From: Bacteroidales bacterium
Lineage (GTDB): Bacteria; Bacteroidota; Bacteroidia; Bacteroidales; WCHB1-69
Assembly (NCBI GenBank): GCA_017535665.1
Contig: JAFXTS010000011.1
Span: 12,399-76,398 of the forward strand
Length of the DNA: 64,000 bases
Direction: 5' to 3'
Under the pieces are notes generated by a model. It did no database searches, had not been told where the DNA came from, and saw only the letters and a list, made by a program, of their open reading frames with translations. The position numbers were made by a program, and so were the translations under genes. Shown here piece after piece: positions 52,605-61,457 of this stretch. Position 1 is the stretch's first letter. Each line of letters opens with the position of its first letter.

Positions 52605-52664
52605 TGTTGTTGATTTGTTTATTTGTTGATTCGTTGAATTGTTTATTTGTTGATTTGTTTTTTC
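52605..52664. repeat. CA-rich leader repeat array before ridA (mRNA sense AAATCAACAAATAAACAA units)
   Basis: The plus strand reads tgttgttgatttgtttatttgttgattcgttgaattgtttatttgttgatttg. It overlaps the last codons of the MFS gene (..KKQINK*). Confidence 0.75.
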
Positions 52665-53971
52665 TGGCCGTTGAATTTGTAGCCCATGGTGGCGAAGAAG
52701 AGGATGTAGATATAGCAGATGAAGAGCAGCAGGTAGGCTTTTTGGTGTCCCACTTGCGGAAGTTCGCATAACTTTCCGTAAATCAGCGACATGACACCAC
52801 CGCCCGCGATGGCCATGACGAGCAGTCCGGAGGCCAGTTCGGTATGTTTGCCGAGGTCGTGGATGGAGAGCGGCCAGATGGCGGGCCACATGATGGCATG
52901 GGCAAAACTCAGCATGATGATGCAGGCGATGGAGAGACGCGCCGACATCGAGTAGGCTGCCACAGGGTCGAGGTTGGGTTGGAAGAGGTGGACGAACGAC
53001 TGGGAGTAGATGGCAACAAAGGCCAAAACGACGGCGATGATGAGGTTGGTGACGAGCGCCTGACGCTGCGAAATCATCTTCGGCACGGTGATGAGTCCGA
53101 CGAAATAGCCCACGATGAGGGCGAACATGGCGTAGGTGGGGAAGTCTTTGCTCACACTCTCCGCGATGTGAAGGTCGTTGCCGTAAGGAATCAGGTAGTC
53201 GATGGCGATGACCTCGGCACCCACATAGAAGAAAATGGCGAACACGCCCAACCAAAGGTAGGTGTATTTTCTGGAGAAGAGGGAGTCGTGTTGTTCCTCG
53301 CCCTGCGTGGAGGTCTCGATGCGGGGCAGTTTGGCCAGTTTGATGAAAACTACCAGCAGGATGAATACTGCGGTGATAATGATGTACGGAAGGATGACCT
53401 GTTCGGCGAGGTGCTGGCGAACCGCTTCAGCGGCTTCTTCTGTCATCAGGCCGCTTTTCAACTCTGCCAGTTCGGCGTCGAGGCCGGAGAAAAGGGCTTT
53501 GTAGATGGTGTAGATACCGATGACACCGGCGAATTTGTTGCACACGCCCATGATGCTGATACGGCGGGCGGCGGTTTCTATCGGTCCTAAGATGGTGGCG
53601 TAGGGGTTGGTGGCCGCCTGCAACACGGTGAGACCCGCGCCCATGAAGAACTGGCCGGTGAGGAAGATGCCGAACTGGCGGGTGATGGCCGCCGGCACGA
53701 ACAAAATGGAACCGCAGGCCATGGTCAGCAGGCCGATCATCATGCCCCCGCTGTAGCCCACCTTGCGGATGAGCAGCGAGGCGGGAATCCCCATCACAAA
53801 ATAGGAGATGTAAAAGCAGAAGGGTACAAACGAAGCCTCAAAAGTGGTGAGGTTGCAGGCCTCTTTCAAAAAAGGCATCACAATGCTGTTGACCCAAGTG
53901 ATGTAACCGAACACGAAAAACAACGTGCCGATGACAAACAAACTGAATGCGTATCTGTTTTTTTGTTCCAT
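52643..53971 (-). CDS. sugar MFS transporter (FucP/GluP-like)
   Basis: Twelve TM helices. The N-terminal block FFVFGYITWVNSIVMPFLKEACNLT is typical of glucose/galactose/fucose:H+ symporters. A TAATTTTG -7 box lies at 53991-98 on the minus strand. Confidence 0.8.
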   Translation of the reverse strand: MEQKNRYAFSLFVIGTLFFVFGYITWVNSIVMPFLKEACNLTTFEASFVPFCFYISYFVMGIPASLLIRKVGYSGGMMIGLLTMACGSILFVPAAITRQFGIFLTGQFFMGAGLTVLQAATNPYATILGPIETAARRISIMGVCNKFAGVIGIYTIYKALFSGLDAELAELKSGLMTEEAAEAVRQHLAEQVILPYIIITAVFILLVVFIKLAKLPRIETSTQGEEQHDSLFSRKYTYLWLGVFAIFFYVGAEVIAIDYLIPYGNDLHIAESVSKDFPTYAMFALIVGYFVGLITVPKMISQRQALVTNLIIAVVLAFVAIYSQSFVHLFQPNLDPVAAYSMSARLSIACIIMLSFAHAIMWPAIWPLSIHDLGKHTELASGLLVMAIAGGGVMSLIYGKLCELPQVGHQKAYLLLFICYIYILFFATMGYKFNGQKKQINK

Positions 53972-54083
53972 GGTTAATGATTTATCGGCTGCAAAATTAC
54001 AAAAATCTTATTTGATTTTAAACCCTATTCTTCCATTTTCGTCAAAGTGCTTGTTTTCATTTTGCAACTAATTCTGTTTTATC

Positions 54084-54644
54084 ATGAAAAGAATAATGTT
54101 ATTCTGCTTGTTAGTCAGTTTCGCTGCGGCTACGATGGCGCAGGGACAGGTTGAGACCACCACGAATTCCAAGTGTGGTTCTCAGGATTGCCAAGCCGTC
54201 ATGAAACTCAAAAAGGAGTTTTTGGAGAAGAATTTTACTTTGAAAGAGGAACAGAAAAAGCCTTTCTGGGATGCTTTCGATGCATACGCCAAAGCCGAAT
54301 ATGCTGCTTTTCAAAAGAGCCGTACGGTCATGAACGCGGCGGGAATCGACCATCATGTGTCGGCCGACAGCATCCAGTATCTTTCCGACAAACAGATTAT
54401 TGTTTTGTACACCACCCGTTTGGAGACGCGCCGTGCGCTGTTGGAAGCCGAGACCAATTTCCTCAACGCCATCTCACAGTGCCTCACTGCCCAACAGGTG
54501 AATGAATACTACCAGCTGGATCGTAAGTTCAAGCGTTCAGCCGCTTCGCATAAGAAAGATGCTGCACGTAAGGCTGCTCCCACCAGCAAGAGTCAAGCCC
54601 CCCAGAAGAATATGGAGGCAGCACCTGCTAAATCAGTACATTAA
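54084..54644 (+). CDS. hypothetical periplasmic helical protein (Spy/CpxP-like LTxxQ motif)
   Basis: Signal peptide, alpha-helical composition and LTAQQVNEYY. The C-terminal tail is Lys/Ala-rich. Confidence 0.45.
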   Translation: MKRIMLFCLLVSFAAATMAQGQVETTTNSKCGSQDCQAVMKLKKEFLEKNFTLKEEQKKPFWDAFDAYAKAEYAAFQKSRTVMNAAGIDHHVSADSIQYLSDKQIIVLYTTRLETRRALLEAETNFLNAISQCLTAQQVNEYYQLDRKFKRSAASHKKDAARKAAPTSKSQAPQKNMEAAPAKSVH

Positions 54645-54823
54645 GCCGATATTTCCGGCATTTGATCAATTCACTCTTATTGTTTTTTGCCCGTGTTGTC
54701 GCACGGGCTTTTGTGGTTGAGAAGCCATCGTGGATGGTTCTTGTAAAAAAGTTATCAACAACAAAATATTATTAAATATAATTCGTTATTTTTGCGGTCT
54801 ATTTTATATAAATACGTAAATCA

Positions 54824-57496
54824 TTGAAATTTAATAAAATACATTCTAAAAAGTACTCTGTTGCTGTCCTGTTGATGGCAGTAATTTTCTTGTGCGGCTG
54901 CTCTACACGCAAAAATACGCCCATCAATAGGGGTTTTCATAACATGACTTCCCGCTTCAATGTCAATTTCAACGGCAAAGAAGCCCTTAAGAATGGCGAG
55001 GAAGAGCATGCCAAACTGTGCAAGGACAATTACATCACCACGCTGCCTATATATGTGTATCCTCCCAAAGAAGAACTCTCGAGCATCTATCCTGCCATGG
55101 ACCGCGTGATTGAGAAGGGGTCGAAGTGTATCTACAAGCACTCTATGTTTTTCAAAGGGAAGGAGTATGTGAAGAATATCGACGATGCCTACCTGATGAT
55201 GGGAAAAGCCTATTTCTACAAGCAGGATTACCAGCAGGCGCAGCGCATCTTCAACTACATTCTCACCACCCACAAGGATGGCAATTGTGTGGAGGAGGCC
55301 ATGATTTGGAATGCCCGTACCGCCCTGCGGATGGGCTATTACGGACAGGCGGAGGACATCATCAATGAGGCCAAATACTACGTGCAGCCCAAGAAATCGA
55401 AGAAGCTGAATCTCCAGTATGCCGCCGCCGGTGCCGAGTACCACCTCACCGCTCCCGATGGCGACCGTATGACCGCCATCAACTACATTGACGATGTGTT
55501 GAAGAACAAACCGAAAAAGTTGTTCAAGACCCGTATGTATTTCATCCTCGGTCAGTTGTATGAATTGGAGGAACAGCCTTCACAGGCGCACGACTATTTC
55601 CTTTGGGTTTCCAAACACAGTCCCGACTACGACTTGGAGTTCAATGCGCGCATGCACCTGGCCACCAACTATGATGGCAGTCCGGCCAAGCGTGCGCAAA
55701 TTATCAAGGAGTTGAACAAGATGTTGGCGGAGGAGAAGAACAAGGATTATTACGACCAGATTTACTATGCATTGTCGGAGATCGACCGCATTGATGAGGA
55801 TACCACGGCGCAGATGGACAAGTTGGCCAAGTCGGTGGCAGCATACGCCAACAACGATTTCCAGCGCACCCATTCGGCGCTTCGTCTGGCCGACCTTTAC
55901 TTTGAGCAGGAAAAATACCCGCAGGCCAAGGCTTACTACGACACGGCCACGGTTTCGATGCCCAAGACCTATCCCAATTATACCGAGATTAAGCGCAAAT
56001 CGCAGATACTCACCGAGTTGGTGGATAACTTGCAGGTGGTGGTGGTGCAAGACAGTTTGCAACGTATCGCCAAGATGAGCGAAAAAGATCGTGAACGTTG
56101 GGTGAAGGGAAAAATCAATGAATACAAGCAGGAGAAGGCCAGAAGAGAGAAGGAGGAACGCGACAAGGAGTTAGCGTTGCAGAGTGCGCTCGGTTATGCC
56201 AACTACAATCAGAATACGAATGCCGGTAGTTCTGGAAAGTGGTATTTCTACAACTCTACCTTGATGTCGGCCGGTAAGACCGAATTCTTGCGTAAGTGGG
56301 GTAGTCGTAAATTGGAGGACAACTGGCGTATCAGCAACAAGCAGCAGCTTTCGTTTGAGGATATGGCCAACCTCAACAATCCGAAGGCGGATCAAGACAC
56401 CACGGAATACGACGAGTTTGGCAATCCGATACTGAAGCGGGAGACTGACCCCGAGAAGGAGCGTTTCTACACGCAGGACCTGCCGCTCACCGAAGGTGCG
56501 ATGGACACCTCCAACATGATGATTGCCGAAGCACTCTATCAGGCGGCGGTCATCTATTTGGATTTGCTCAACGACCGGCCCCGCGGTTGCGAGATGTTGG
56601 AGAAATATTACCAGCGCTTCCCCGACAATGACCTCTCTCCCGCAGTGCTTTACCTCCTCTACCTCAACTACAGTCAGATGAAAAACGGGAAAGCCGAGCA
56701 GCCTAAGGAGATTATCCTTACCAAATATGCCGACACCGACTATGCCCGTCTGATTCGCGAGCCCGACTACTATAAGAAGGTGGCCGCTGCTCAGAAACAG
56801 ATGGAGAATATGTACGAGACCATCTATCAGGATTTCATGAATAAACAGTGGGCGAAGGTGATTCAGTCTTCTGAGTTGGCCATCACCAGTTGTACCGACC
56901 GTTTGTTGCGCTCGAAATTCGCCTATTTGCGCGCGGTTTCTGTGGGACAGGTGCAGGGCAAAGATCAGTATCGCAATGCTTTGCAAGGGGTGGTGACAGA
57001 ATATGCCGACCTGCCGGTGGCTGAGTTGGCCCGTCTGTTGTTGGAGACACTGGAGCCGGAACCTCAGACGGTAGCTCAGCCTGAGAAAGCTGAGGATGGT
57101 CCGCAAGTTCAAGTTGAATCTCCGTTCTTGTATAGTGCTAACGAATGGCATTATGTGGCCCTCATCGTTAATGTGCACAAAATCAAAGTGATGGATTTGA
57201 AGGTTCAGATTTCCGACTTCAACAAGCAGTATTATGCGTTGCAAAATCTGAGCATCAACAGTTTCTATATCAATCAGGATGAGCAGATGGTGACCATCTC
57301 GCGTTTCCGCAATGCCGATGCGGCCATGGACTATTACAATGGTTTCATCCGTGGCGACATGTTCAAGGCGGATGTGCAGGCGAAAAACATTACGCCCTAT
57401 GCGATGGGAGCCGCTAATTACAGCATTTATTATAAGCAGCGCGAATCGCGTCCTTTGTATGAAGAATTTTTTCAAAAGAATTATTTAAAACCATAA
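54824..57496 (+). CDS. porW: T9SS periplasmic TPR lipoprotein PorW/SprE
   Basis: Lipobox VIFLCGCS followed by NTPINRGFHNMTSRFNVNFNGKEAL, the family-typical N-terminus. TPR-like repeats, 890 aa. The probable TTG start is 30 nt after a TATTTTTG box at 54787-94. Confidence 0.75.
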   Translation: MKFNKIHSKKYSVAVLLMAVIFLCGCSTRKNTPINRGFHNMTSRFNVNFNGKEALKNGEEEHAKLCKDNYITTLPIYVYPPKEELSSIYPAMDRVIEKGSKCIYKHSMFFKGKEYVKNIDDAYLMMGKAYFYKQDYQQAQRIFNYILTTHKDGNCVEEAMIWNARTALRMGYYGQAEDIINEAKYYVQPKKSKKLNLQYAAAGAEYHLTAPDGDRMTAINYIDDVLKNKPKKLFKTRMYFILGQLYELEEQPSQAHDYFLWVSKHSPDYDLEFNARMHLATNYDGSPAKRAQIIKELNKMLAEEKNKDYYDQIYYALSEIDRIDEDTTAQMDKLAKSVAAYANNDFQRTHSALRLADLYFEQEKYPQAKAYYDTATVSMPKTYPNYTEIKRKSQILTELVDNLQVVVVQDSLQRIAKMSEKDRERWVKGKINEYKQEKARREKEERDKELALQSALGYANYNQNTNAGSSGKWYFYNSTLMSAGKTEFLRKWGSRKLEDNWRISNKQQLSFEDMANLNNPKADQDTTEYDEFGNPILKRETDPEKERFYTQDLPLTEGAMDTSNMMIAEALYQAAVIYLDLLNDRPRGCEMLEKYYQRFPDNDLSPAVLYLLYLNYSQMKNGKAEQPKEIILTKYADTDYARLIREPDYYKKVAAAQKQMENMYETIYQDFMNKQWAKVIQSSELAITSCTDRLLRSKFAYLRAVSVGQVQGKDQYRNALQGVVTEYADLPVAELARLLLETLEPEPQTVAQPEKAEDGPQVQVESPFLYSANEWHYVALIVNVHKIKVMDLKVQISDFNKQYYALQNLSINSFYINQDEQMVTISRFRNADAAMDYYNGFIRGDMFKADVQAKNITPYAMGAANYSIYYKQRESRPLYEEFFQKNYLKP

Positions 57497-57514
57497 AAAA
57501 ACATTAAGAGTATT

Positions 57515-57934
57515 ATGAACAGACCTGAAGAAATGGGTGCCATGAATGGCACGAGAGTGAACACCATTGCCGCCGGTACCAGCTTGGTGGGTAACATTGA
57601 AGCTGCCAGTGACTGCCGTATTGATGGTACTATCAAAGGAAATATCAACTGCAAGTCGAAGATCATCATCGGTCAGACCGGCGTGGTGGAAGGCGACATC
57701 AATTGCGACGGCATCGAGATCGAGGGCCGCGTGAAGGCTAACATCAACGCTGTGGATATCATCTCTTTGCGTTCCACCGCTGTGCTGGCTGGTGACATTG
57801 CTTCCAGCAAGCTCGCCATCGAGCCGGGTGCCACCTTTGTTGGTAACTGCAAGATCCAGAACGGCAAGGCCGCTGGTGTTCAGCCGACTCATACTCCGGC
57901 TCAGCCCCAGCCCCAGCAGCCGCAGCAGAAATAA
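57515..57934 (+). CDS. bactofilin-family polymer-forming protein
   Basis: A beta-helical repeat core (G.I.G.I......I.G.V.G.I) spans most of the 139 aa. The C-terminal tail is Pro/Gln-rich. Confidence 0.8.
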   Translation: MNRPEEMGAMNGTRVNTIAAGTSLVGNIEAASDCRIDGTIKGNINCKSKIIIGQTGVVEGDINCDGIEIEGRVKANINAVDIISLRSTAVLAGDIASSKLAIEPGATFVGNCKIQNGKAAGVQPTHTPAQPQPQQPQQK

Positions 57935-57940
57935 TCCATC

Positions 57941-58153
57941 ATGAGCGATAAAAGGCAGTGGGATGCCGGCGCCAGTTATGCAGGACTGGCCGTCCAGATG
58001 GGTGTCATTATTGCCATAGGCGCATACGGAGGTGTGAGATTGGACCGTTGGCTCGACCTCTCACCTCTCTTTGTCATTGTATGTTCTTTGGCATCCATTG
58101 CTCTCGCTATGTATGTGATGATTCACAAATTAACCCAAAATAAAGAGAAATAG
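57941..58153 (+). CDS. AtpZ/AtpI-family small membrane protein
   Basis: 70 aa with two TM helices. The motif YAGLAVQMGVIIAIGAYGG..LD is typical of the family. Confidence 0.6.
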   Translation: MSDKRQWDAGASYAGLAVQMGVIIAIGAYGGVRLDRWLDLSPLFVIVCSLASIALAMYVMIHKLTQNKEK

Positions 58154-58627
58154 GTGATGAAGAAAATGAAAAGAATCAACTACAAGGTTCCCCCATACGT
58201 CATCCATCTGCTGGTGGTTTCCATTGTTGTGGCGGCGTTGAGCATCCTCATGCAGGTTGCACTTCCCGCGTACTCCACGCCGGCGATGCCCTTCATCGTG
58301 CTGTTTTTCTTCTTTGTCACCCTCTTCAGCCTCTATGTCGTCCTGCGCGACCAGTCGCAGCGCGACTCGCGGAAGTTCGTCTCCGGCTACATGCTCTCGC
58401 GCATCATCAAGTTCATGTCGTGCCTGCTCTTCTTGCTCATCTATTTCATCGCCTCCAAAGAAGACCGCTGGCGGTTCGCCGGGGCATTCATGGTCATCTA
58501 CCTCATCTTTTCCATCAGCGAAATCTTTATTCTCAAAAAGGAGAACTCCCGCTTGCAGAAGTTGAGGGATGCGGAGAAGCAGAACCCTACCGAAACGGGA
58601 AACGATGAGCACGCAGGACAAAAGTAA
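58154..58627 (+). CDS. hypothetical 4-TM membrane protein
   Basis: Hydrophobic ORF immediately following the AtpZ-like gene. No family recognised. Confidence 0.5.
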   Translation: MMKKMKRINYKVPPYVIHLLVVSIVVAALSILMQVALPAYSTPAMPFIVLFFFFVTLFSLYVVLRDQSQRDSRKFVSGYMLSRIIKFMSCLLFLLIYFIASKEDRWRFAGAFMVIYLIFSISEIFILKKENSRLQKLRDAEKQNPTETGNDEHAGQK

Positions 58628-60401
58628 AATCCAGCTTATTCTTTCCGCTCTCTCCACCAAGCCGGGCGTGTACCGCTATCTCGATGAGAATGGCAAGGTG
58701 ATTTATGTCGGTAAGGCCAAAAACCTCAAACGGCGCGTTTCCTCCTATTTCAACAAAAACCACGACTCCTCCAAGGTGCGGATGCTGGTCACCAAGATCC
58801 GCGACATCCAGACCACCGTGGTCGATACCGAATGGGAGGCTCTGTTGTTGGAAAACACCCTCATCAAGGAGTATAAGCCGAAGTACAACATCATGCTGAA
58901 GGACGACAAGACCTACCCATGGATTGCCGTCACCAAGGAGGCTTTTCCGCGGGTTTTCGTCACCCGCTCGCCTGATCGGAGCCGACAGGAGGTCTTTGGT
59001 CCCTACGCTTCCGTGAAGTACATGAACGCACTCTTCCACACCCTGATGGAGACTTTCCCGGTGCGCACCTGCAAAATCTTCCGCCAGAGCGACCGTCCCT
59101 GCCTGCAATATCAGCTGCATCGCTGTCCGGGACCGTGCGCCGGCTGCATCTCCCAAGAAGAGTATCAGTCTAACATTTATAATATCATTGAGATACTAAA
59201 GGGTAATTCTCAGTCCATCATCCGAAAGCTGCATGAAAAAATGATGGATTATTCTGCGCAGATGGAGTTCGAAAAGGCGCAGGAGATGAAAGATAAACTC
59301 GATATTTTAACACAATTTAAGGGGAAATCGGTAGTGGTAAATCCCGACATCTCCAACCTCGATGTGTTTACCATTGCGGAAGATGAGCAGAGTGCCTATG
59401 TGAATTTTATGAGGGTAATGGAAGGGTCTGTAATTCAGTCTTATACACTTGAAATTGCCCATAAATTGGAGAGAACTACGGAGGAATTGTTGTTGCAGGG
59501 TATGGTGGAGCTGCGCGACCGTTTTGGCGAGTTCAGTCCCACTGTGCTGTTGCCGTTTGTGCCGGAGACCCAGTTGTTGGACGTGACCGTAACGGTGCCC
59601 CAGCGCGGTGACAAGAAAAAGTTGTTGGACCTCTCCATGAAGAACGCGCTCACCTATATGTATGAGAAGAACAAGCGCCGCGACTTGGTGGATCCCAACC
59701 GGCGCAGTCAGCAGGTACTGAACCAGTTGCAGAAAGAGTTAGGCCTGCCCAAGCTGCCGATGGTGATCGAGTGCTTCGACAATTCCAACTTCCAAGGCGA
59801 CTATGCAGTGGCGGCGATGGTGCAGTTTGTCAATGCGAAACCCAACAAGAAAGAGTACCGCCATTTCAACATCAAGACGGTGGAAGGCCCTGACGACTAT
59901 GCCTCGATGAAGGAGGTGGTGCGCCGACGCTATTCCCGTCTGTTAGAGGAAGATAAGCCGTTGCCCGACCTCATTCTTACCGATGGTGGAAAGGGTCAGA
60001 TGGAGGTGGTGCGCCAGGTGGTGTGCGACGAGCTGAAGGTGGACATTCCCATCGCGGGACTGGCCAAAGACGACAGCCATCGCACCAATGAACTCCTCTA
60101 TGGATTTCCACCGAAAATTGTCGGTGTCAATGTCAAATCACCGCTCTTTTATCTGTTGGCCTCCATTCAGGATGAGGTGCACCGGTTCGCCATCACCCAT
60201 CATCGTAAGAAGTTCGAGAAAGGCTTTGCGCATTCCGATTTAGATGATATTAAGGGAGTTGGAAATAGTACGAAGGAGAAACTGCTGAAGCATTTCAAGA
60301 GTGTGAAGCGCATCAAAGAGGCATCGGAGGCGGAACTGGCTGTGGTGGTGGGTCCGGCGAAAGCCAAGGTGCTGAACGATTATTTTCACCCATCCCATTA
60401 A
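58605..60401 (+). CDS. uvrC: excinuclease ABC subunit C
   Basis: GIY-YIG block (GVYRYLDENGKVIYVGKAKNLKRRVSSYF), UVR domain, RNase-H-like endonuclease domain and C-terminal HhH2. The start is set at MSTQDKS. Confidence 0.92.
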   Translation: MSTQDKSKIQLILSALSTKPGVYRYLDENGKVIYVGKAKNLKRRVSSYFNKNHDSSKVRMLVTKIRDIQTTVVDTEWEALLLENTLIKEYKPKYNIMLKDDKTYPWIAVTKEAFPRVFVTRSPDRSRQEVFGPYASVKYMNALFHTLMETFPVRTCKIFRQSDRPCLQYQLHRCPGPCAGCISQEEYQSNIYNIIEILKGNSQSIIRKLHEKMMDYSAQMEFEKAQEMKDKLDILTQFKGKSVVVNPDISNLDVFTIAEDEQSAYVNFMRVMEGSVIQSYTLEIAHKLERTTEELLLQGMVELRDRFGEFSPTVLLPFVPETQLLDVTVTVPQRGDKKKLLDLSMKNALTYMYEKNKRRDLVDPNRRSQQVLNQLQKELGLPKLPMVIECFDNSNFQGDYAVAAMVQFVNAKPNKKEYRHFNIKTVEGPDDYASMKEVVRRRYSRLLEEDKPLPDLILTDGGKGQMEVVRQVVCDELKVDIPIAGLAKDDSHRTNELLYGFPPKIVGVNVKSPLFYLLASIQDEVHRFAITHHRKKFEKGFAHSDLDDIKGVGNSTKEKLLKHFKSVKRIKEASEAELAVVVGPAKAKVLNDYFHPSH

Positions 60402-60412
60402 CATTTTTTAGT

Positions 60413-61387
60413 ATGATGCTTTGTTCGGATTTTAAAGAATTTAGGACTCAGTTGCAGCAGTCGGCGGGCACGCGGCGGGTAGTGGCAATTATTGACCGCA
60501 AGGTGGAGGAATTGTACGGAAATATTTTCCCGTTTGAGAAAATCGGGGTGGTGGCGGATGAGCGGTACAAGACGATGCAGACTGTGGAGGAGGTGATACA
60601 GAGACTGTTGACGCTTCATGCCGACCGCGATGTGTTGCTGCTCGGTGTGGGTGGCGGCATCACCACCGACATTTGCGGCTTTGTGGCTTCTATCTACAAG
60701 CGGGGCGTGGCCTGTGGGCTGGTGCCTACCACGTTGTTGGGCATGGTGGATGCGGCCATCGGCGGCAAGAATGGTGTGAACATGCTGGGATACAAGAATA
60801 TGCTGGGCACGATCCGGCAGCCCGAGTTCGTGGTGAGCACCATCGATTTTCTTTCAACTCTGGAGGCAGTGGAGGTGCGGCAGGGTTTGGCGGAGATGCT
60901 GAAGGCGTTTTTGATTAGTGGAAAACATTTCGAAGAATGCGGTGCGTTCTTTGCTGACCATGGGGTAGGGGAGATGTTGGAAGACGTGGCGAAACGCAGT
61001 CAGTTGCAAGCGTTCATTCAGTCGGCAGTGGCGGTGAAAGAGGGGTTGGTACGCGAAGATGAGCGCGACAATGGGGTGCGACAGCTGTTGAACTTGGGAC
61101 ATACCTTCGGGCATGCCTTAGAGCGGTGCACGGGCATGGCGCATGGTGATGCGGTGGCGATCGGGATGGTGTGTGCCGCGAAGTGCGTGAATAGTGCCGA
61201 TACACCATTGATAACCAACGTGTTGCAATCCTGTGGGTTGCCAGTGGAAATCCCTGCGGGTGTGAGCCGCGAGGCGATGCTGGAGGCCATGATGCAAGAC
61301 AAGAAACGTGCCGATGGCCGTTGCCGTGTGGTGGTGTTGGAGCGCGTGGGGCGTGTGGCGGTACGCGAAATGGATTTATCGGAATGA
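60413..61387 (+). CDS. aroB: 3-dehydroquinate synthase
   Basis: GGGITTDICGFVASIYKRG, VDAAIGGKNGVN and LNLGHTFGHALE. Confidence 0.85.
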   Translation: MMLCSDFKEFRTQLQQSAGTRRVVAIIDRKVEELYGNIFPFEKIGVVADERYKTMQTVEEVIQRLLTLHADRDVLLLGVGGGITTDICGFVASIYKRGVACGLVPTTLLGMVDAAIGGKNGVNMLGYKNMLGTIRQPEFVVSTIDFLSTLEAVEVRQGLAEMLKAFLISGKHFEECGAFFADHGVGEMLEDVAKRSQLQAFIQSAVAVKEGLVREDERDNGVRQLLNLGHTFGHALERCTGMAHGDAVAIGMVCAAKCVNSADTPLITNVLQSCGLPVEIPAGVSREAMLEAMMQDKKRADGRCRVVVLERVGRVAVREMDLSE

Positions 61388-61404
61388 ACCGTGTAAAACA
61401 GAAA

Positions 61405-61434
61405 AGCGCACCAGCCCCGAAAGGTTGATGCGCT
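61405..61434. terminator. hairpin between convergent aroB and clpB
   Basis: AGCGCACCAGCC-ccgaaa-GGTTGATGCGCT (imperfect stem). Confidence 0.45.
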
Positions 61435-61457
61435 GTGCACAGATTTTCTAACGAATA

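Noticed and set aside
52230-53255. 341-aa version of the ridA ORF
   Set aside because: The upstream 217 codons overlap the MFS transporter in another frame and are Arg/His/Pro-rich. The RidA family length is about 125 aa, and an ATG at 52604 gives the canonical MKKVIHTDKAPKAIGPYSQA start.
56171-57475. 434-aa ORF antisense to porW/sprE
   Set aside because: It is a shadow ORF. The plus frame gives a lipobox, the family N-terminus and TPR repeats.
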